From an uncultured Pelagibacteraceae bacterium (GTDB lineage Bacteria; Pseudomonadota; Alphaproteobacteria; Pelagibacterales; AG-422-B15): 64,000 nucleotides of DNA. Of this stretch, positions 58,878 to 64,000 are shown piece by piece (position 1 is the first letter of the stretch; every line of letters starts with the position of its first letter). The notes under the pieces were generated by a model that was not told the origin of the DNA, made no database searches, and saw nothing but the letters and a program-made list of their open reading frames with translations. Both the position numbers and the translations under genes were made by a program. The stretch spans positions 17,416-81,415 of the forward strand of contig CACCCN010000002.1 of the NCBI GenBank assembly GCA_902544525.1, read 5' to 3'.

Positions 58878-59141
58878 TTATGAGTCTAATATATCTTTGA
58901 TACTATAAATACTCTCATCTAATTGATCTGAAATGCTACCAGCAAAGTTCTTCAGTTCAATGAAGTCAGATTTAAGAATTTTTATTTCGTTATCAAGATT
59001 ATGATTTTTTTGAACAAGTTCATTATTCTTATTCTCTAATATGGATATTTCTTTAACCTTATCGGAGAGCTTATCTACTTCATGTGATAGCTTTGCTAAT
59101 GTTTCGTGTAGTTTTTTTTCAGCAGAATCTAAATCAGACAC
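58878..59141 (-). CDS. small coiled-coil protein upstream of zapA
   Basis: Heptad-rich 87-aa sequence. The position matches the coiled-coil gene found upstream of zapA in other alphaproteobacteria. Confidence 0.45.
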   Translation of the reverse strand: MSDLDSAEKKLHETLAKLSHEVDKLSDKVKEISILENKNNELVQKNHNLDNEIKILKSDFIELKNFAGSISDQLDESIYSIKDILDS

Positions 59142-59312
59142 AAATTCTCTCCTAATAATTGTTATGATTTAACTGTCTTTTCAATCCACCGTCAATAAGA
59201 AAAAACTAAAAATTTCTTCAATATTTTACTTCCTTTATATGAGATAATCATTTAAGAATCTCAATTAGGTGCCATGTAAATAAATCAATCATTTGTAAGC
59301 CATTATTTTTAA

Positions 59313-61301
59313 ATGCCAAAAAAAACAAATAACAGCAGGTCACACGATGAGCTAGCAAATGCCATACGCTTCTTATCAATAGACGCTGTGCAAAAAGCTA
59401 ATTCTGGTCACCCTGGTCTTCCAATGGGCATGGCAGATGTAGCAACAGTCTTATTTACAAAATTCTTAAAATTTGATCCTTCAAATCCTAATTGGTTTAA
59501 CCGAGATAGGTTTGTTCTATCTGCTGGTCATGGATCGATGTTGCTATATTCACTTTTATACCTCACTGGATATAAAGATATCTCAATTAAAGACATAAAA
59601 AACTTTAGGCAACTGAAAAGTAAGTGTGCCGGTCATCCAGAATATGGCCACATAAGTGGAATTGAAACAACTACGGGTCCACTTGGCCAAGGCTTTGCTA
59701 ACTCAGTAGGTATGGCGCTTAGCGAGAGAATTCTAGCTAATGCATTTGGTAAAATTTCTGACCATTTTACTTATGTCATTGCTAGCGACGGTGATCTTAT
59801 GGAAGGAATCAGTCATGAAGCTGCTTCTTTAGCTGGTCACTTAAAGTTAAATAAGCTGATCGTTTTTTTTGATGACAATGGTATTTCAATTGATGGGCCA
59901 GTAAGCTTAGCGAATTCAGAAAATACAATTAACCGATTCAAATCGTATCAATGGAATACTTTATCAATAGATGGTCATAATACATCATCAATCGAAAAAG
60001 CAATTAAGTCAGCACAAAAATCAAAAAGACCTACCCTGATTAGTTGTAAAACTAAAATTGGATTTGGATCTCCAAATAAAGAGGGTAAGTCATCAGCTCA
60101 TGGCAGCCCACTTGGTAATGATGAAATTAAACTAACACGTGAAACTCTAAATTGGCCAAATGAGCCATTCGAAGTTCCAACAAAAATTTTAAATAGATGG
60201 CGTGCCTGCTCTAAAAATGGAAAGGCAAATTTTAAAAAATGGAAAACTTATTTTTCAAAGCTTTCAGATAAACAAAAAAAAGAATTTAATAGAAGAATAA
60301 ATGGTAAAATCTCAACTGAAGCAATTACTGCTCTAACAAACTTTAAAAAGGATTTAATCAAAGACCCTATTTCAGTAGCTACAAGACAGTCGTCTGAAAT
60401 GGTTATTAATAAGATTAGTAATTTAATTCCAGAATTTGTTGGTGGGTCAGCAGATTTAACGGGCTCAAATAATACTAAAGCTAAAGATGCAAATATTATC
60501 TCTGCTCCAAATTATAAAGGTCAATACATATACTATGGAATAAGAGAACATGCGATGGCAGCAATAATGAATGGCATGTCACTGCATCAAGGTATTATTC
60601 CTTTTGGAGGAACATTTTTAATTTTTGCAGATTATTGCAAACCTTCTATTAGGCTGTCAGGATTAATGGAACAAAGAGTTATCTATGTTCTTACCCATGA
60701 CTCTATTGGACTAGGCGAAGATGGGCCTACGCATCAACCCATTGAACAACTAGCAAGCTTACGGGCTACACCTAATGTTAATGTCTATAGACCTGCAGAT
60801 ACTTATGAAACAGTTGAATGTTGGCAACATGCTCTAATAACCACTAATACTCCCAGCGTTTTGGCACTTACTCGACAAAAGCTAGCCCCCGTTAGAACAA
60901 AGTTTAGCAAAGAAAATCTATCATCATTTGGAGCATACGAGCTCAAAAATACATCTAAAAATCCATTATTAACAATTTTTGCATCAGGTTCTGAGGTCAA
61001 TATAGCTATCTCTGTAATGAAACTAATGCAAAAAGATAAAATGTCTTGTCGAATTATATCTGTTCCATGCTTTGAGTTATTTAAAAAACAAAGCCTTGCT
61101 TACCAAAAGAAGATTAAAGGTAAGTCTAAAATAAATATTTCAATCGAAGCCGGTGTTAAGATGGGCTGGAATGATATATGTCCAGTTAATACACATAATT
61201 TTAGTATTGAAAGCTTTGGAGCCAGCGCGCCATACGAAGAATTATACAAACACTTTGGCTTGTCAGCGGAAAAAATATATAAACAAATAAAAAAATTGTA
61301 A
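59313..61301 (+). CDS. tkt: transketolase
   Basis: SGHPGLPMG and the ThDP motif SDGDLMEGISHEA...NGISIDG. Confidence 0.95.
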   Translation: MPKKTNNSRSHDELANAIRFLSIDAVQKANSGHPGLPMGMADVATVLFTKFLKFDPSNPNWFNRDRFVLSAGHGSMLLYSLLYLTGYKDISIKDIKNFRQLKSKCAGHPEYGHISGIETTTGPLGQGFANSVGMALSERILANAFGKISDHFTYVIASDGDLMEGISHEAASLAGHLKLNKLIVFFDDNGISIDGPVSLANSENTINRFKSYQWNTLSIDGHNTSSIEKAIKSAQKSKRPTLISCKTKIGFGSPNKEGKSSAHGSPLGNDEIKLTRETLNWPNEPFEVPTKILNRWRACSKNGKANFKKWKTYFSKLSDKQKKEFNRRINGKISTEAITALTNFKKDLIKDPISVATRQSSEMVINKISNLIPEFVGGSADLTGSNNTKAKDANIISAPNYKGQYIYYGIREHAMAAIMNGMSLHQGIIPFGGTFLIFADYCKPSIRLSGLMEQRVIYVLTHDSIGLGEDGPTHQPIEQLASLRATPNVNVYRPADTYETVECWQHALITTNTPSVLALTRQKLAPVRTKFSKENLSSFGAYELKNTSKNPLLTIFASGSEVNIAISVMKLMQKDKMSCRIISVPCFELFKKQSLAYQKKIKGKSKINISIEAGVKMGWNDICPVNTHNFSIESFGASAPYEELYKHFGLSAEKIYKQIKKL

Positions 61302-61310
61302 GGAGTTAGT

Positions 61311-62321
61311 ATGGCAATAAATGTTGCAATAAGTGGTTTTGGAAGAATTGGTAGATTGGTTCTAAGATCAATAATTGAAAATAAAAGAAAAGATATAAAT
61401 ATTGTTGCCATTAACGACTTAGCGCCAATAGAAACAAATGCTTTTTTGCTTTCTTATGATTCAATTCATGGACCTCTTAAAGAAAAAGTAAACATCAAAA
61501 ATGAAAAGATTATTATTGGAAATAAAAAAATATTAGCACTCAAAGAACGTGACCCAAAAAATCTTCCATGGAAAAAATTAAAAATAGATATTGTTTTTGA
61601 ATGTACTGGCTTATTTACTTCTAAAGATACAGCATCAATGCATTTAAAGGCAGGTGCAAAAAAAGTTTTAGTGTCAGCACCTTGCAATAATGCTGATAAG
61701 ACTATTGTCTATGGAGTTAATCATAATACCCTAACTAAAAAAGATATCGTTGTTTCAAACGCCTCCTGTACAACTAATTGCCTCGCACCTGTTACAAAAG
61801 TATTAAATGATAACTTCGGAATAGTTCATGGATATATGACTACAATTCATGCCTATACAGGCGATCAAAAAGTTCTGGATACATTTCATTCTGACCCAAG
61901 AAGAGCTCGAGCTGCAGCATTGTCGATGATACCAACCTCGACAGGAGCAGCAAAAGCTGTTGGGCTAGTAATGCCAGAGCTAGCGGGTAAACTTGATGGA
62001 ACAGCTATAAGAGTTCCTACGCCAAATGTATCATTAATTGATTTTAAATTTGTAACTAAAAAGAAAATAAATGCTGAAAGTATAAATAAAGCAATGATTA
62101 AAGCCTCAAAGTCTAAAAATCTCAAAAATGTGCTGTCTGTCAACTCAGAACCTCTTGTATCAACTGACTTTAATCATAATCCTTCATCATCAAATTTTGA
62201 CTTAACTCAAACTCAAGTTATTGATGGAACTTTTGGTAGAATTTTAAGTTGGTATGACAACGAATGGGGATTTTCCAATAGAATGTGTGATACCGCTGTT
62301 GTTATGAGCAAATCTAAATAG
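61311..62321 (+). CDS. gap: glyceraldehyde-3-phosphate dehydrogenase
   Basis: GFGRIGR and the active site SNASCTTNCLAP. Confidence 0.95.
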   Translation: MAINVAISGFGRIGRLVLRSIIENKRKDINIVAINDLAPIETNAFLLSYDSIHGPLKEKVNIKNEKIIIGNKKILALKERDPKNLPWKKLKIDIVFECTGLFTSKDTASMHLKAGAKKVLVSAPCNNADKTIVYGVNHNTLTKKDIVVSNASCTTNCLAPVTKVLNDNFGIVHGYMTTIHAYTGDQKVLDTFHSDPRRARAAALSMIPTSTGAAKAVGLVMPELAGKLDGTAIRVPTPNVSLIDFKFVTKKKINAESINKAMIKASKSKNLKNVLSVNSEPLVSTDFNHNPSSSNFDLTQTQVIDGTFGRILSWYDNEWGFSNRMCDTAVVMSKSK

Positions 62322-62322
62322 A

Positions 62323-63519
62323 ATGATAGATCTTAGCAGGATCAAAAAATTTAATAAAAGCGAAAAAGTAGTATTAATTAGGTTTGATCTTAATGTCCCT
62401 CTTGACTCTGATGAACTTCATAAAAGTGAGAGGATTATTAGAATAAAAAAAACTATTACAAAACTTTTATCTCTTAATTCGAAAATTATTATTTTATCTC
62501 ATATTGGCCGACCAAAAGGCAAGGTAGTTGATACTCTATCTCTTAAACAATTAATTGAGCCGCTGAAAAAAGCGCTAAATAATGAAGTAGTATTTATATC
62601 TGATTGCATTGGGCCAAAAGTAAAGCAAAAAATTTCTGATATAGATTCTAGCAAAATAATACTACTTGAAAATTGTAGATTTTATAAAGGTGAAGAAGAA
62701 AATGACTCCTCTTTTGCTAAATCTTTATCTGAAATAGCTGATGTATATATTAATGATGCTTTTGCTTGTTCACATAGAGCACATGCATCTATCTCTGCAA
62801 TCACTAAATTTCTTCCTTCATACTGTGGCGAATTATTAATTGATGAATTAGAAAATTTAAATAAAATTATTACTGATCCTGACGAGCCTGCAATTACAAT
62901 AATGGGTGGATCTAAGATTTCTACAAAAATATCTATTATTAAAAATCTCTCAAAAAAAATGTCATCAATCGCTATATGTGGTGGTATGGCCAATAGTTTT
63001 ATTGCGTTTAACGGTAATGAAATTGGGGCATCTCTTGCTGAAGAAAATGTAAATGAAGAAATTGAAGAAATTTACAATTATTCAAATGAAAATGATTGCC
63101 AAATTATACTGCCCTCAGATGCCTCTGTTGCACCAAAATTAGATCCTGATATTAATTTTGCTATAAAAAAAATAGATGGATTAAATTCAAGTGATATGAT
63201 TCTTGATATCGGACCAATTTCTACAAAAGATCTTAAAGAAGTAATTTCTAACTCAAAAACTGTTTTTTGGAACGGTCCTCCTGGTGTTTTTGAGGTTGAG
63301 CCCTTTAATAAAGCAACTATTGAGATAGCTAATCATATTGCAGATTTAACTTCTGCAGGAAAAATTCAGTCATTTGCGGGTGGTGGAGATACTGTTGCTG
63401 CAATAGAAATGGCTGGTGTTAAGGAAAAATTTACTTATATTTCTACAGGTGGAGGCGCGTTACTCGAGCTATTAGAGGGTAAACAGTTACCTGGCTTGGT
63501 TTCCCAAAATATTCTATAA
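62323..63519 (+). CDS. pgk: phosphoglycerate kinase
   Basis: RFDLNVP, SHIGRPKG, GGGDT motifs. Confidence 0.95.
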   Translation: MIDLSRIKKFNKSEKVVLIRFDLNVPLDSDELHKSERIIRIKKTITKLLSLNSKIIILSHIGRPKGKVVDTLSLKQLIEPLKKALNNEVVFISDCIGPKVKQKISDIDSSKIILLENCRFYKGEEENDSSFAKSLSEIADVYINDAFACSHRAHASISAITKFLPSYCGELLIDELENLNKIITDPDEPAITIMGGSKISTKISIIKNLSKKMSSIAICGGMANSFIAFNGNEIGASLAEENVNEEIEEIYNYSNENDCQIILPSDASVAPKLDPDINFAIKKIDGLNSSDMILDIGPISTKDLKEVISNSKTVFWNGPPGVFEVEPFNKATIEIANHIADLTSAGKIQSFAGGGDTVAAIEMAGVKEKFTYISTGGGALLELLEGKQLPGLVSQNIL

Positions 63520-63543
63520 ATACTAAAACAAAGGTTATAAAAA

Positions 63544-64000
63544 ATGTCACTAAATAGTTTAAATGAGATAGCAGAATATATCGTATCTGATGGCAAAGGT
63601 ATTCTTGCTGCAGACGAAAGTACTGGAACCATTAAAAAACGATTTGATACAATCGATACTGAATCCAATGAAAATAATCGAAGAACCTATCGTGAAATGC
63701 TTTTTCAGTCAGAGGGAATGAAAGATAATATTGGTGGAGTGATCTTATTTGACGAAACCATTAAACAAAATGCAGCAGATGGATCATCTCTCGTAAGCGT
63801 CATTTTAAAGCAAGGTGCGCTTCCTGGAATTAAAGTAGATAAAGGTCTATCTCCAATCGAAGATGGCTCAGGAGAAACAGTTACTAATGGACTCGATGAT
63901 TTAGATCAAAGATGTAAAGAATACTATAAGATAGGTGCTAAATTTACCAAATGGCGTGCTGTTATAAATATTGGCGACGGTATCCCAAGTGATAATTGTA
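63544..64000 (+). CDS. class I fructose-bisphosphate aldolase (5' part, runs off window)
   Basis: Hand translation MSLNSLNEIAEYIVSDGKGILAADESTGTIKKRF...GIKVDKG matches the class I FBA N-terminus. The frame is open to the window end. Confidence 0.85.
   Translation, partial: MSLNSLNEIAEYIVSDGKGILAADESTGTIKKRFDTIDTESNENNRRTYREMLFQSEGMKDNIGGVILFDETIKQNAADGSSLVSVILKQGALPGIKVDKGLSPIEDGSGETVTNGLDDLDQRCKEYYKIGAKFTKWRAVINIGDGIPSDNC

Overview
The window is strongly AT-rich and extremely gene-dense: about 70 genes, almost no spacers, no rRNA, CRISPR, transposase or integrase. Gene order and protein content look like a streamlined marine alphaproteobacterium (SAR11/Pelagibacterales-like), but this is inferred by eye only. 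There are three blocks. (1) 0.3-13.7 kb is an accessory-looking block. It holds sodB and a TetR-associated cluster (Tat-exported sulfatase, VOC dioxygenase-like protein, FAH hydrolase, FAD aromatic hydroxylase, GST-like and CMD proteins) bracketed by two near-identical palindromic operators. It also holds asparaginase, an HDAC-family enzyme, tsaC, tRNA-Arg(UCG), small phage-like enzymes (2OG oxygenase, cupin, GIY-YIG) and a tandem pair of micro-lipoprotein genes. (2) 13.7-41.6 kb is a quaternary-amine/osmolyte hub. It has two ProU-type ABC importers, one with a fused double permease and a divergent ATPase gene. It has two gamma-butyrobetaine-hydroxylase-like dioxygenases: one is translationally coupled to a PhnZ-like HD oxygenase (TmpA/TmpB-like phosphonate-to-glycine-betaine pair), the other sits in a BKACE/carnitine dehydrogenase operon. 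It also has acetoacetyl-CoA synthetase, choline dehydrogenase, three DMT/EamA carriers, an ADH-ALDH-amidase-serine hydrolase-VOC operon, and a MatB/enolase-superfamily/DddQ-like cupin operon. (3) 41.6-64 kb is core housekeeping: rluD, rpoH, purA, glmM, folP, ftsH, tilS, cpoB-pal-tolBARQ, yebC, ymdB-like, 5-FCL, zapA, tkt-gap-pgk-fba. A PD-(D/E)XK (Hjc-like) nuclease gene sits where ruvCAB-ybgC normally lies. All functions come from motif and family recognition in the translated ORFs; no database search was run.
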